NCBI GenBank assembly: GCA_951406725.2
Contig: OX597814.1
Location: 201,066,001-201,130,000 of the forward strand
Direction of reading: 5' to 3'
From: Octopus vulgaris
Lineage: Eukaryota
DNA: 64,000 nucleotides
Of the stretch, positions 39,680-53,174 are shown in pieces (the stretch's first letter is position 1; every line of letters starts with the position of its first letter). The position numbers were made by a program, and so were the translations under genes. The notes beneath the pieces were generated by a model. It was not told the origin of the DNA, did no database searches, and worked only from the letters and a program-made list of their open reading frames with translations.

Positions 39680-40201
39680 GAGGACGACAATGACGACAAT
39701 GATGATGAGGAGGAGGAAGATGAATGCAATGATGACAACAGAAACAACAACGATGATGATGAGGATGATGATGATGGTGATGATGATGATGATGATGATG
39801 GTGACAATGATGATGATGATGACGACGATGACGATGGTGATGATAGTGATGATGATGATGATGATGGTGATGGTGATGATGATGACAATGATGACGATGA
39901 TGATGAGGAGGATGATGATGGTGATGATGATGATGATGATGGTGACAATGATGATGATGATGACGATGACGACGATGATGGTGATGATAGTGATGATGAT
40001 GATGATGATGGTGATGGTGATGGTGATGGTGATGGTAATGGTGATGATGATGACAATGATGACGATGATGATGAGGAGGATGATGATGGTGATGATGATG
40101 ACAATGATGACGATGATGATGAGGAGGATGATGATGGTGATGATGATGACAATAATGGTGGCGACAAAAATAATGAAGATGATGACGACGAGAATGATGA
40201 C

Positions 40202-40239
<38 letters not shown>

Positions 40240-40290
40240 CGACGACGACAATGATGGTGGTGACAAAAGCAGTGACAATGATGACGAAGA
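39680..40290. repeat. Degenerate (GAT)n microsatellite with higher-order duplication
   Basis: GAT-based array with repeated GAGGAGGATGATGATGGTGAT blocks. Confidence 0.9.
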
Positions 40291-40456
40291 GGTGGTAGAG
40301 GAGAAGGAGGAAGGGGAGGTGGAGGAGAAAAACTTATGAAATATCTTTAATCTAATTGACAAGAGTCGATGTATCTAAAACAAGCGGTTTACAAGGCCTC
40401 ATAAGTGAAAACAATTGATATCAAAAGTGTAGAGCAAAGTCAACAGTGACTGCAGC

Positions 40457-40502
<46 letters not shown>

Positions 40503-42185
40503 AACACCATCTGCTGTTGTTGTGGTTGTACGAATAGCAAACATGTCCCCTGTTGCTTGTCTGCTGATGTATCTACTCTATAACTCTATGGGAAATCAGA
40601 ACAACATGCTTTCGTGTATGGTTGTGGTTACTGTTGCTTTCGCGGGCCTTGACAGGATTTAGGCAGAACAGCATCGTCATCGTCATTGTCATTGTCGTCG
40701 TCATTGTCATCATCGTTGTTATTGTCACCATTGTTGTCATCATCGTCATCATCGTCATCATCATCATTGTCATTATCATCATCGCTGTCATTGTCATCAT
40801 CATCATCGTCATCGTTGTCATCATCATTATCATCATCATCATCATCATTAAATACTCGTTTCCCATGCTAGCAGCATCCAATAAACTGGAGGACTCTGTT
40901 GAACTTCAATGTCAGTTTTGGCATAGTTTCTTTGATTGAAAGCCCTTCCAAATGCCAACCACTTCTCAGTGTTTACTGGCTGCTTTCTTTGTGACACAGG
41001 CACTAGTGTGGTTGCCAAGTAATTTACAAGACAAAGGAAAAAAAAAAAAGAAAGGATAAAGCCTCTTGAGTGCTTGGGAGTGTAACGTTCCCCTTTCTAA
41101 ACAGGAACACCTGAACGGCCAGACATGTTTTCATGGAAGATTGTAAACCAGCAACACTGTTCATAAGACAGCAACCTCATAATCATCACCATCATCATCA
41201 GCAGCAGCATTACCATCATTAGTTAAAGTCTGTTTTCCATGCTGGAATATGCTGGCCAGTTTGACCAGAACTGGCAAGCTGGTGGGGCTGCACAAGACTC
41301 CAGTCTGATTTGACCTGGTTTCTATGGCTGGTTGCCATTCCTAACAACAACCAGTTTACCTTGTGTGCTGGGTGCTTTTACATGTCACTGCTAAAGTGCT
41401 TTTACATGACACCAGTGTGTTTATCATGTGGCACAGGCCCTGGACTCTTGCAGGTAAATCCTCTCCACGACGGGCTTAACATTTCTGTCATTGAGTATAG
41501 GTCTTCTTGAGTACAACATATGTATAAAAATTGAATTACACTATTAGGGCATCAAGCGCTGTAGAAACCTTACCAGATCAGATTGGAGCCTGGTGCAGCC
41601 TCCAGGCTTGCCAGACCTCAGTCCAACCGTCCAACCCATGCCAGCATGGAAAACGGACGTTAAACGATGATGATGATGGTGATGATGAAATAAGGTGACA
41701 AACTAGCCAAATCCTTACATGCTGGAAAAATGGCTTAGTGGCATTTCTTTCAACTTTATATTCTGAGATCAAATGTTGCTGGGGCCAACTTTGCCTTTCA
41801 TTATTTCACAGTCGATAAAACAAGTACCAGTTAAACACTGGGGTCAATGTTGCAGGCCTTGTGCCAAAATTTGAAATCTGTATTATGCAAGGAGAATGCA
41901 TAGACTCAAACTTGCGCATGTACACACCCTACGCATGCGTGCTTGAGTTTGTGCATTGAGTTTACCTCCTTGTTATAATATTGTAGTCTAATTGTAAACA
42001 TACATTGCTGATTTACAGTCCTCTATGTAAACATGTCTGGCCTCTGAGGTGTTCATACACAAAAAGGAAGACAAGGAAGATCATCCAGCCTTAAAAAATC
42101 CATATCAATGAATTTTGTGTGATCTATGATAGTAAGGAAATTGAATTTCAAGAGAATGAGCATACTGCAGATGGTTGTCCTCATG

Positions 42186-42230
<45 letters not shown>

Positions 42231-42231
42231 A

Positions 42232-42440
42232 TTTAATGTACACAGTATAAAGATATGGTCTGCAAATAATTTCTTGCTATGAAGACACATGTCTAGGCAG
42301 GTTTTAATGACACACGTTGTGTCTTCAGACAATCTTCAGACACTTGGAAACACAAGGAATAAAATAGACATTTGCCTAGACACGTGTCTTCACTGCAAGA
42401 AACTGGGAGTAGCTAATATCTTTATATTGTGTACATTAAA
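42232..42440. repeat. Fold-back inverted repeat
   Basis: TTAATGTACACAGTATAAAGATAT..GAAGACACATGTCTAGGCA versus TGCCTAGACACGTGTCTTC..ATATCTTTATATTGTGTACATTAA. Confidence 0.75.
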
Positions 42441-42590
42441 TAATATCTATCTCTCACTGGATGGAGTACTTTTTTATGTTGATCTTACCTTAATGTAATA
42501 GTAAACTATATATATATTAATAATAATAATATGACAACAAAAGAATGAATGAGACCTCGATATTATGTAAATAGAGGAATTTATCTATAA

Positions 42591-42738
42591 TATAATATGT
42601 GACAATTAGTCGGTTGCCATAATAAAACTCAGAGTTTTGGATGTCGGGGTGGAAGTCTGATCTGGCATCTCATCAGACTTCCGGCCCGACATCCGAAATC
42701 TGAGTTTTATTATGGCAACTAACTAATTGTCACATATT

Positions 42739-42741
<3 letters not shown>
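42591..42741. mobile_element. Fold-back element with truncated hammerhead
   Basis: Arms 42591-42661 and 42672-42741. Minus strand CTGATGA-GATG..CATCC-AAAA-CTCTGAG-TT; the plus arm retains CCGAAA. Confidence 0.65.
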
Positions 42742-42770
<29 letters not shown>

Positions 42771-42772
42771 GT

Positions 42773-43112
42773 GAAGGTGCATGGCTCAGTCGTTAGAGCG
42801 TCGAGCTTATGATCGTGAGGTTGTGAGCTCGAATCCCGGACCAGGCTGCGTGTTGTGTTCTTGAGCAAGACACTTTATTTCACGTTGCTCCAGTTAACTC
42901 AGCTGTAGAAATGAGTTGCGACGTCACGGGTGCCAAGCTGTATCGGCCTTTGCCTTTCCCTTGGATAACACTGGTGGCATGGAGAGGGGAGGCCGGTATG
43001 CATGGGCGACTGCTGGTCTTCCATAAACCACCTTGCCCAGACTTGTGACTAGGAGGGTAACTTTCTAGGTGCAATCCCATGGTCAGTGTCGTGACCGACG
43101 GGGGTCCCCCCC
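42773..43112 (+). mobile_element. tRNA-derived SINE (family D, V-domain-like centre)
   Basis: TGGCTCAGTCGTTAGAGC A-box, GCTCGAATCCC B-box, TTGAGCAAGACACTTTATTTCACGTTGCTCCAG. Confidence 0.85.
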
Positions 43113-43171
<59 letters not shown>

Positions 43172-43221
43172 CATATATATACATACATACATATACATAC
43201 ATTTATATATATATATATATA

Positions 43222-43900
43222 TCATCATCATTTAACGTCCGCTTTCCATGCTAGCATGGGTTTGACGGTTCAACTGGGGTCTGGGGAGCCCGAAGGCTGC
43301 ACCAGGCCAGTCAGATCTGGCAGTGTTTCTACAGCTGGATGCCCTTCCTAACGCCAACCACTCCGAGAGTGTAGTGGGTGATTTTATGTGCCACCGACAC
43401 AGGTGCCAGACGAGGCTGGCGAACGGCCACGCTCGGATGGTGTTTTTATGTGCCACCGACACAGGTGCCAGACGAGGCTGGCGAACGGCCACGCTCGGAT
43501 GGTGTTTTTATGTGCCACCGACACAGGTGCCAGACGAGGCTGACGAACGGCCACGATCGGATGGTGTTTCTTACGTGCCCACAGCACGGAGGCCAGTCGA
43601 TGCGGTACTGGCTACGGCCACGTTCGGATGGTTTTCTTGTGTGCCACCGGCACTGGTACCACAAAGATACAAATTCCATTGATGTTCATCTATTTTGATT
43701 TGATTTGATTTTCACTTGCCTCAACAGGTCTTCACAAGTGTCACAAGAAGGAAGGAAGGTATGCACAGGTGAACTGACAACGTCCCAGGTAGGGGCCACG
43801 GGTTATGGCCTGACTAGTCTTGCCGGGTCTTCAGATGATGTTTTTATGTGTCTCCGACACAGGTGCCAGATGGATGGTGTTTGTTACGTGCCCACAGCAC
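43222..43900 (-). mobile_element. Family C RTE-tail repeat with a ~61-bp minisatellite
   Basis: Three near-identical units TTTTATGTGCCACCGACACAGGTGCCAGACGAGGCTGGCGAACGGCCACGCTCGGATGGTG. Confidence 0.85.
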
Positions 43901-44132
43901 AAACACATACACACACTCATACACCCATCAGTACCTTCTATTCAGTTTTGCTTTTAAAATGACATTCTCCTCTCCCTCACTGTATATGTTGGATATGCTT
44001 AAATATCTTCCTTTTAAGCTTCAAGTGTATTTTATTGTCTTTCCTTTCTCTCTCATTCTCTATTGCTCTCTCTCTCTCTCTCTGTATACATACATATATA
44101 TAGATATATATCTATATCTATATATATGTGTA

Positions 44133-44163
<31 letters not shown>

Positions 44164-44190
44164 ATATGTATATATGTATATATATATATG

Positions 44191-44257
<67 letters not shown>

Positions 44258-44971
44258 GCACACACACACACATACATATATATATATTTATCTATTTATC
44301 TATTTATCTATCTATCTACCTATCTGTCTGCCAATCAATTCATAGCTCTCTCTCTGTCTTTCTCATAGACAAACAACATTTTCTCTGCCAATAACAGCCT
44401 TCAACACAATTTCTCATGGGAAATATATCAGAGATATTTTTATTTCAATTTTATCAGTGTTAATCTGATAAATGTCAAAAATAGATATTTCTACAGTTTG
44501 TATAAAAAAATTTATCAGAAGCTTTATCTTTGACCAATTGAAATAGATCACTGTTCCATACAAAAGACCTTCTGGAGAGCAAATGGCATTCCATCGGTTA
44601 CGACGGTAAGGGTTCAATTTGATCGGATCAGCAGAACAGCCTGCTCATGATATTAATGTGCCGGTGGCTGAGCACTCCACAGACATATGTACCTTTAATG
44701 TAGTTCTTAGGAAGATACAATGTGACACAAAATGTGACAAGGCTGGGTTTTTGAATTACTGGTATAACTCATTTTTGCCAGCTGAGTGAACTGGAGCAAT
44801 GTGAAATAATGTGTCTTGCTCAAGGACACACCAGGAATTGAACTCACAACCTTTTGACCATGTGCTGAATACCTCTAACCACTTAGCTACATGCCTTCAT
44901 CATGGCTGGTTTTTGAATTACTGGTATAACTCATTTTTGCTAGCTGAGTGGACTGGAGCCATGTGAAATAA

Positions 44972-45522
44972 AGTTAGTTAGTTAGTTAATTTTTTGGCTC
45001 AAAAAGCAAAAAGCAAGGTCATGTAGGGGGACATGGAGTTATGTACAGGGTGGTGTTCATGCAAAGAGTTCAGGCCATTTGTGGTCAAGGGAGACTTTGA
45101 ACCGAGCGGTCGTCGGCATCTTCACTATCTCGTCCGGTAGCTTATTCCATGGATCCACAACCCGGACGGAGAAAGCCCCTCTCCTTCGATTGAGATGAAA
45201 TCGTTGCAGATAGAGCTTTTCGGAGTGACCCCGCAGTCGACGCTCTGGAGCAGGAGTGAAGAACAGCTCTTTCGAGAGGTTACACTTTCCACTTATGATG
45301 TTGTGAGCAAGAATGAGATCACCACGGCGGCGTCGTTTTTCTAGAGAATAAAGGTCAAGCGTCTTCAGCCTTTCTTCATAAGACAAATGCTTGAGACCAA
45401 GAACCATGCGGGTAGCCAGCTTCTGGACTCTTTCGAGATGCTGTATGTCTTTGAGGAGATAAGGAGAAGAGGCTTGAATCCCGTACTCCAATATGGGTCT
45501 CACCAGCGTGACATAGAGCAGT
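44972..45522 (-). mobile_element. CR1/L2-type LINE 3' fragment inserted in a family D SINE
   Basis: LYVTLVRPILEYG..LERVQKLATR..YEERLKTLDLYSLEKRRRRGDL..RGHS..WNKLP; (AACT)n tail. Confidence 0.9.
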
Positions 45523-45699
45523 CCAGGGATTGGACTCAACCTTATGACCATGTGCTGAATACCGCCATCCACTTAGCCACATGCATTCATCATCGATGGA
45601 TATGCTTCCATGGAAGATTGGCAGGAAACAACACTACTTGTATGGTAGTGATACCCTGGAGCACAAGGATAGAATGGGAATGATATAATGCCTTGATTT

Positions 45700-45865
45700 C
45701 CAGCTTTGGTATAGGTTGCAAAGCGGTCTTTTGCCTCTGTTGCATTTGTCTTTTGACAACAGTTGCCATTCTGGGCACACATTGTAATATTCCATAGTCA
45801 TCGATGGAATGGTTCTAGCTGGCACTGTATGACCCCTAGATGTCCTCAAAATGTTGGATCCTTAT
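45700..45865 (-). pseudogene. Possible Gypsy integrase Zn-binding domain remnant
   Basis: Frameshifted pieces DPTF*GHLGV, EYYNVCPEWQL and LQPIP appear in the expected order. Confidence 0.4.
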
Positions 45866-46419
45866 ACCGTCCATTCAGTATCACAGTATATTTACTAAAT
45901 CAGCACCGACATGACTATCAACACAATCTACATGTACTCTGAACATAGAAAGAGAATTTTCTAAGTTGCAGGAAGAATTCTGTGTCCAACATTAAAACAA
46001 ATGTGAAAAGTAAAGAAAGGTGTTTTATATTTAATTGGTGTTACTGGTGCAGGTGCCATTTAGAAATCAACCAGTAAGAACACTCTGTCAAGTGGTTGCC
46101 ATTAGGAAGGGCATTCAGCCATAGAAAAACATGCCAAAACAGTACTGGTTGAGCAGACTTTTGATCAAGGATATTCCAGTCATGGCCATCCTGTCATTTT
46201 GTTTACCTAGGTCTTATATTAACTGAGGAGGCATTTGGCACTTATTTCTATCTGGTCAAACAACCATGTAGATGTTCCCTTATTGGGTCGGGTATATTTA
46301 ACATCATCATCATTACCATCCCCACCACCACCACCACCACCACTGCTCTCGTCGTCATTGTCATCATCATCATCATCATTATCCTCCTCCTCCTCCTCCT
46401 CCTCATCATCATCATCATC

Positions 46420-46845
46420 AACATCATCATTGAATGTTCATTGTCCATGCTAACATGGGTTTGACAGTTTGACCAGGGCTCGCATGCTGGAAGGCTGCAC
46501 CAGACTCCACTCTGATTTGGCATGGTTTTCTACAGCTGGATGCCCTTCTAAATGCCAACCACTCCAGAAGCGTAATGAGTGCTTTTATGTGTCACCAGCA
46601 CATGTGCCATTTGCTTGACACCAGTATCTGCCATGACTGTGATTTTGCTCGGCTTGATGGGTCTTCTCAAGCACGACAGAATGTCAAAGGTCTAGGTCAT
46701 TACCTCTATGAGGCCCTACACTTGAAAGGAACTCAACCACATTGTCTCTGTGAGGTCCAACAGTTGAAAGGAACTCAGCTACTTTGCCTCCAGGAGGCCC
46801 CATGCTCGAAAGGAACTCAACCAATTTACCTCTGTGAGGCCTAAC
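46420..46845 (-). mobile_element. Family C RTE-tail repeat with ~40-bp tandem units
   Basis: Consensus match, plus repeated GAAAGGAACTCA units. Confidence 0.7.
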
Positions 46846-47811
46846 ACTTGAATATATATATATATATATATACATACACATGCACAGACACACATATACA
46901 TATATACATGAATATATACACACATCTGTATTGTTGTATTTTACAGAAGCCACACAACTTATCTGTTTGCTTTATTTAGCTTTTAATCAAAATTGTTTCA
47001 AGATAAACTTTTGTTACATACTTTATAACTAAGGCTCTCACTTATCTCCCTTCTCTTTGTCTTTTCCATTCACACTATTACATTCACAAATGCACACGTA
47101 TACACTCACATGCACATGTACACAGACACGCACACTCACACATTACATACACATGTACACATTCTTTCATTTACACTTCAATATATTTACTAGCATACAG
47201 AAACATTGACTTCGTTATTAATTGAAGATTTCTTAATCTTAATTAAAGAATCATATACATTTAGATTTCAAAGGAAATCTTGTCAAATATTGATTCATCT
47301 TGAATCATAATCTTACATAAATTTTGATATTGTTGTTGTTGTGTGTTCAGTAGACAACTCTAACTGAGCAGGTTTCTGAATAAGGACATTCCAGCTGTGG
47401 CTGCCGACTCATTTCATTGTACATCTAGGTGTACATGAGCTCACAAAGTCCCTCCTTACTAAGTATGATGTAATGTAATTTCAAAGAACGTAACTGCTTT
47501 CTCTAATTGACTACACAACCATACAATTTCCCACCAAATTAGTTTTTGCTCTTAAAGTGACACTCTTGTTAAAATATCAATGTGTTTACATTTTATCTCC
47601 TTGATGTCATTCAATAAATCATGTTCTGTAATATTTCATTCAGGAATAACATACATCAAAGGAATCATGAGGAAATATCAGCTAAATTCTGTTCCTAATA
47701 TTTAATATAGTAAATATTAGAAAACAAAAATTTTCACAAATGGTTCATAATTGTTCTCTACAGTTGTTTCAACAGACAGGTAGCAGTTTCATACATTAAT
47801 TGTTACATTCT

Positions 47812-48053
47812 TTTATTCTTTTATTTGTTTCAGTCATTTGACTGTGACCATGCTGGGGCGCTGCTTTTAGTCGAACATATCAACCCCAGGATTTATTCTT
47901 TGTAACTGTTGTACTTATTCTATTGATAGATTTTGCTGAACTACTAAGTTACAGAGATGTAAACACACCAACGTCGATTGTAAAGTGATGGTGGGTGGGT
48001 GGGGGACAAACACAGACACACAAATACATAATATTATATATACATATATATAA

Positions 48054-48084
<31 letters not shown>

Positions 48085-48107
48085 CATGCATATGCATATA
48101 CATACAC

Positions 48108-48138
<31 letters not shown>

Positions 48139-48157
48139 CATACATATATATATATGC

Positions 48158-48193
<36 letters not shown>

Positions 48194-48355
48194 GACGGGC
48201 TTCTTTCAACTTTCGTCTACCAAATTTACTCACAAAGCTTTTGTTGGCCTGAGACTATAGTAGAAGACACGTGCCCAAGGTGCCATGCAGTGGGACTGAA
48301 CCTGGAACTATGTGGTTGGCAAGCAAGCTTCTTACCACACAGCCACTCCTATGCC
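47812..48355 (-). mobile_element. Family B SINE
   Basis: Consensus match with an expanded internal (TA)n. Confidence 0.8.
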
Positions 48356-48993
48356 TATCATTCATATTCAATTAATCTAAATGTGATGCAATACCAGTGT
48401 TAACTGGGTTTTGATTTAGATTTTTCAACTTCTTCCCTTGAACAAATGGAGAATACATCCCATTTAAATAAATCATGGAGAATACACCCCATTTAAATAA
48501 TCATGCATAATTAAATATGTAATTATGTAAATGATGATCTATTTACTCTCACTATTGAAACAGCTGTAGAGAACAATTAAGATAGGAATCATATGTGAAA
48601 GTAATGTTTTTCTGCTCTTTACTATAAAGACCTGTTGTTCACAACTCTCATTTTATCTGATTCCCTATGTTTATGCAAGTTTATTCTGCCGATATTTATT
48701 ACACTGCAATAATCTATTGCTGTGGAATGATGTGATAATAATGGAGCTCTTAAACACTGTGAATATATTTTATGATGTTTGTCCATTAATTCTATATAAA
48801 GAAATGTTGTTAGTTATAGAAGCTTAGACAATACTTTATCTATACGTGAGCGAGTGAGTGTATGTGTGTGCGTGTGTGTAAATGTATATGTGTTTGTATA
48901 TATATATATGTGTGTGTATATATATATGTATATATATCTTACTGCCTACCTGTCTATCTATCTATCTATCTATCTATCTATTTATCTATGTGG

Positions 48994-49045
<52 letters not shown>

Positions 49046-49056
49046 ATACATACATA

Positions 49057-49465
49057 TAGGAGTGGCTGTGTGGTAAGTAGCTTGCTTACCAACCACATGG
49101 TTCTGGGTTCAGTCCCACTGTGTGGGACCTTGGTGAAGTGTCTTCTACTATAGCCTCGGGCCAACCAAAGCCTTGTGTGTCGATTTCGTAGATGGAAACT
49201 GAAGGAAGCCCATCATATGTATGTGTATATATATATATGTGTGTGTGTGTATGTTTGTGTGTCTGTGTTTGTCCCCCCCCAACATCACGTGACAACCGAT
49301 GCTGGTGTGTTTACGTCCCCATAACTTAGTGATTTTGTAAAAGAGACCGATAGAATAAGTACTAGGCTTACAAAGAGATAAGTCCTGGGGTCATTTTGCT
49401 CGACTAAAGGCGGTGCTCCAGCATGGCCACAGTCAACTGACTGAAACAAGTAAAAGAGTAAAAGA

Positions 49466-49468
<3 letters not shown>
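49057..49468 (+). mobile_element. Family B SINE
   Basis: Full copy. Confidence 0.9.
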
Positions 49469-49552
<84 letters not shown>

Positions 49553-50023
49553 TATATATATATACATATATATATACATACATACATATATATATTTATA
49601 CATATATATACATACATATATATATATACACATAGATAGGTAGATAGATACACACGCACACACATATATCATCATCAACATCATCCTTATCATCATCATT
49701 TAACATCTGTTGTCCATGGTGGCATAGGTTGGATGGTTTGACTAGAGCTAGCAAGCTAGGGAGCAGCACCAGGCTCTAATAGTCTGTTTTGGCTTGGTCT
49801 CTATAGCTGGATGCCCTTCCTAACACCAACCACTTTACAGAGAGTACTGGGTGCTTTTATGTGGCACCTCACAGACAATTTCAAGTGACACTACATGGAT
49901 GCCTTTACATGACACTACATAGGTGTTTTTCCATGGCACTGCACAGGTAGTTTTATGTGGCACCGTATGGGCACTTTTACATGGTACTGCCATGAGCACT
50001 TTAATCATAAAACCGAACAATTA

Positions 50024-50445
50024 TAGGCACAGGAGTGGCTGTGTGGTAAGTAGCTTGCTTACCAACCACATGGTTCCAGGTTCAGTCCCACTGTGTGGCA
50101 CCTTGGGCAAGTGTCTTCTACTATAGCCTCGGGCCGACCAAAGCCTTGAGAGTGGATTTGGTAGAGGGAAACTGAAAAGAAGCCTGTCGTATATATGTAT
50201 ATATATATATATGCATGTGTGTGTGTTTGTGTGTCTGTGTTTGTCCCCCTAGCATTGCTTGACAACCGATGCTGGTGTGTTTATGTCCCCGTTACTTAGC
50301 GGTTCGGCAAAAGAGACCGATAGAATAAGTACTGGGCTTACAAAAGAATAAGTCCTAGAGTCGATTTGCTCAACTAAAGGTGGTGCTCCAGCATGGCCGC
50401 AGTCAAATGACTGAAACAAGTAAAAGAGTAAAAGAGTAAAAGAGT
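50024..50445 (+). mobile_element. Family B SINE
   Basis: Full copy with (GAGTAAAA)n tail. Confidence 0.9.
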
Positions 50446-50512
50446 AATTGTTTCAGTACAGTGATAATAGTTGTTACTTACTGAATTTTCCATATGATGC
50501 TATTACATAAAA

Positions 50513-51033
50513 TCTATATATATAAAACTGTAGTTGAGTGAGTGTCTGTCCCCTTCGATTTAGATTCCTAACTCCTCCCACATTTTGCGGTGCAGTTTAA
50601 CCAAATTCAGGTATCTTATAGTCGTGATTAATATCGAGCCCGTCTGGCTATTAGCGCGCATCTACGATGAGTCTACGATTTTAAAAATAATTTAACATAA
50701 TTTTTTATTCCATTTTAATGCATAATTTTTCGTGTGTCGATGGCGGTGGAGTTGGCGTCCACGCTCAAACACCTGCACCTGTGTTTGCTTCTCCCTTGTG
50801 AAGCTGTGGGGAAGGGAGTGTAAGGAAATCAATGTCGTAAAGCGTTGTCAAGGAGACCAGCGTTCTTTTAGAACAACGACTTTATGGCTTGAAGACACTG
50901 AGTCAACGATTAAAAAAAAAATTACCATCATTTTTTATTCCATTTTTAATGCATTTTTTTGCTATAACTCTCTAAAAATGCTTATATAGTTATTTCCCTT
51001 ACAAACCCGAGCAACGCCGGGCGACACTGCTAG
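50513..51033 (+). mobile_element. Non-autonomous Helitron (variant interior)
   Basis: A|TC ... CCCGAGCAACGCCGGG ... CTAG|T. Confidence 0.9.
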
Positions 51034-51047
51034 TATTATATAAATAA

Positions 51048-51860
51048 CTAGCAGTATCGCCCGGCGTTGCTTGGGTTTGTAAGGGAACTAACTATATAAG
51101 CATTTTTAGAGATGTAAAGTATAATAGCCATCTCAATATGGGGGGTGTTACTGTAGCTTTTTACGTTCTGAGATTTAATAATAAATCGTTTTTACGTTCT
51201 GAGATTTAATAATAAATTTTTAGAGAGTTACTTCCCTTATATATGCCAAAAATGCATTAAAAATGGGAAAAATTGATGGTAAATTTTTTTTTAAATCGTA
51301 GACTCATCGTAGACGCGCGCTAATACCCAGAAGGGCTTGATATGAATCACGACTATAAGATACTCGGTTTTGGTTAAACTGCACCGCAAAATGTGGGGGT
51401 AGCTAGGAATCTAAATCGTAAGAGACAGACAGACACACAACTTCACTTTTATATATAAAGACTAGCAGTATCGCCCGGCGTTGTTCGGGTTTGTAAAGGA
51501 AACAACTATATAAGCATTTTTAGAGATGTAAAGTATAATAGCCATCTCAATATGGCTAACCACAAAGTGGGGGGGGGGTTACTGTAGCTTTTTACGTTCT
51601 GAGATTTAATAATAAATTTTTAGAGAGTTACTTCCCTTATATAGGCCAAAAATGCATTAAAAATGGGAAAAATTGATGGTAAATTTTTTTTTAAATCGTA
51701 GACTCATCGTAGACGCGCGCTAATACCCAGAAGGGCTTGATATGAATCACGACTATAAGATACCCGGTTTTGGTTAAACTGCACCGCAAAATGTGGGGGT
51801 AGTTAGGAATCTAAATCGTAAGAGACAGACAGCACACAACCTCACTTTTATATATAAAGA
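51048..51860 (-). mobile_element. Head-to-tail dimer of non-autonomous Helitrons (51048-51461 and 51462-51860)
   Basis: Minus-strand junction ...CTGCTAG|TCTTTATATATAAAAG... with no intervening base. Confidence 0.9.
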
Positions 51861-52093
51861 TTACATAAAATTTCCAACAGCAACTGCATACTGGCACATC
51901 ATCAGGTGAGTGACTTTATGTGTGTGCATGATTGTATCTCCTTGTGTTTATGTAATATCATAGCTAGAGAACAGAATCATGAACATGCAAGATGAACAAT
52001 TCATTCTGCAGAAGACTTATTTCTAATTCAAAAGATGGTAAGTTGCGTTGGTGCATGCATGTCTGTGTGAGCACAAGTGTCATGCATGCGTGT

Positions 52094-52125
<32 letters not shown>

Positions 52126-53174
52126 TCATCATACATCCTCAGATGCAGTACTTGAACACTTATGTATATTCATATGTTTAAAACAATTTAAAACAATTCC
52201 TAGCAACCATTTAACCCGAACAAAAAAAAACAAAACAAAGAACAGAATTTTTATTCATTTTGTTTTATTATTCTTAGCATTATGGCAATGATGAATGAAA
52301 GTTGTTGAGGCCAGAGAATATATTAACCACTTCCTAAGAGAGAGATCAAATATTTACTGAACAGCTGGGACAATGTTTGTATTCATCAATATCTTGTCTG
52401 GTCTCCATTGAAACTGAGAATCTTATAATATTTGCAACAATAATTCATCCTCTTATGTTATTTCTTGAATTTCTTCATCATCATGTCATCTCTCTGTTGT
52501 AAGGTACAATGAGGAAACCTGAATGTGGCTTCTCACTCTGCTAGTAATAACAGCCAAATTTCTGCTCTAGATTACACACCCTTCTATCTTGGAAAAGGAA
52601 GGACATGATGAAAAAATATAGTCTTTAGTTGAAAAATATAAAGAATTTTGTCTGCAAAGGAGACAAGATAGACATTTGCTCTTTCAGGTGTCACTCAGGA
52701 CAAAACAACTGAATACTTATTCACAGAGAATCAATTTGGAATAAATAAAAGATCTTTGGGTAAAACCTTTGATGATTACTTTTAAGAAGAAATCTATACT
52801 TCTTGAGGCTCAAGTTCCTATTGTCTGAGATTCAAGCAGAGAAAGGTAAAGTGGGAAACAATTGTTCTAAAGATGTGAGAAGAAATAAACACAATAACAA
52901 GATGCTGAGAATCAATGAAAATGCTTCCTGTTCTCTACAGTTAGAGACAGTCTTTATTCAGATATTCTGGTGCAGGTGTGGCTGTGTGGTTAAGAAATTT
53001 ATTTTGTAAATCTATGTCCTGGGTTCAATCCAACTGACTGGACATCGATGACCAATAGATTGTGATTAAAATTGAGTTGGTTGTTAGGGTGCAGAAATCT
53101 ATCTTATGTATTTACATACATACATACATATATACATACATACATACATACATACATATATGCATACATACATG

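Noticed and set aside
39584-40362. 251-aa Asp-rich ORF resembling acidic matrix proteins
   Set aside because: A (GAT)n array open in several frames, with no signal peptide or unique domain.
43378-43620. CRISPR-like repeat-spacer look
   Set aside because: Units are duplicated whole, lie inside a eukaryotic retroposon and have no cas genes.
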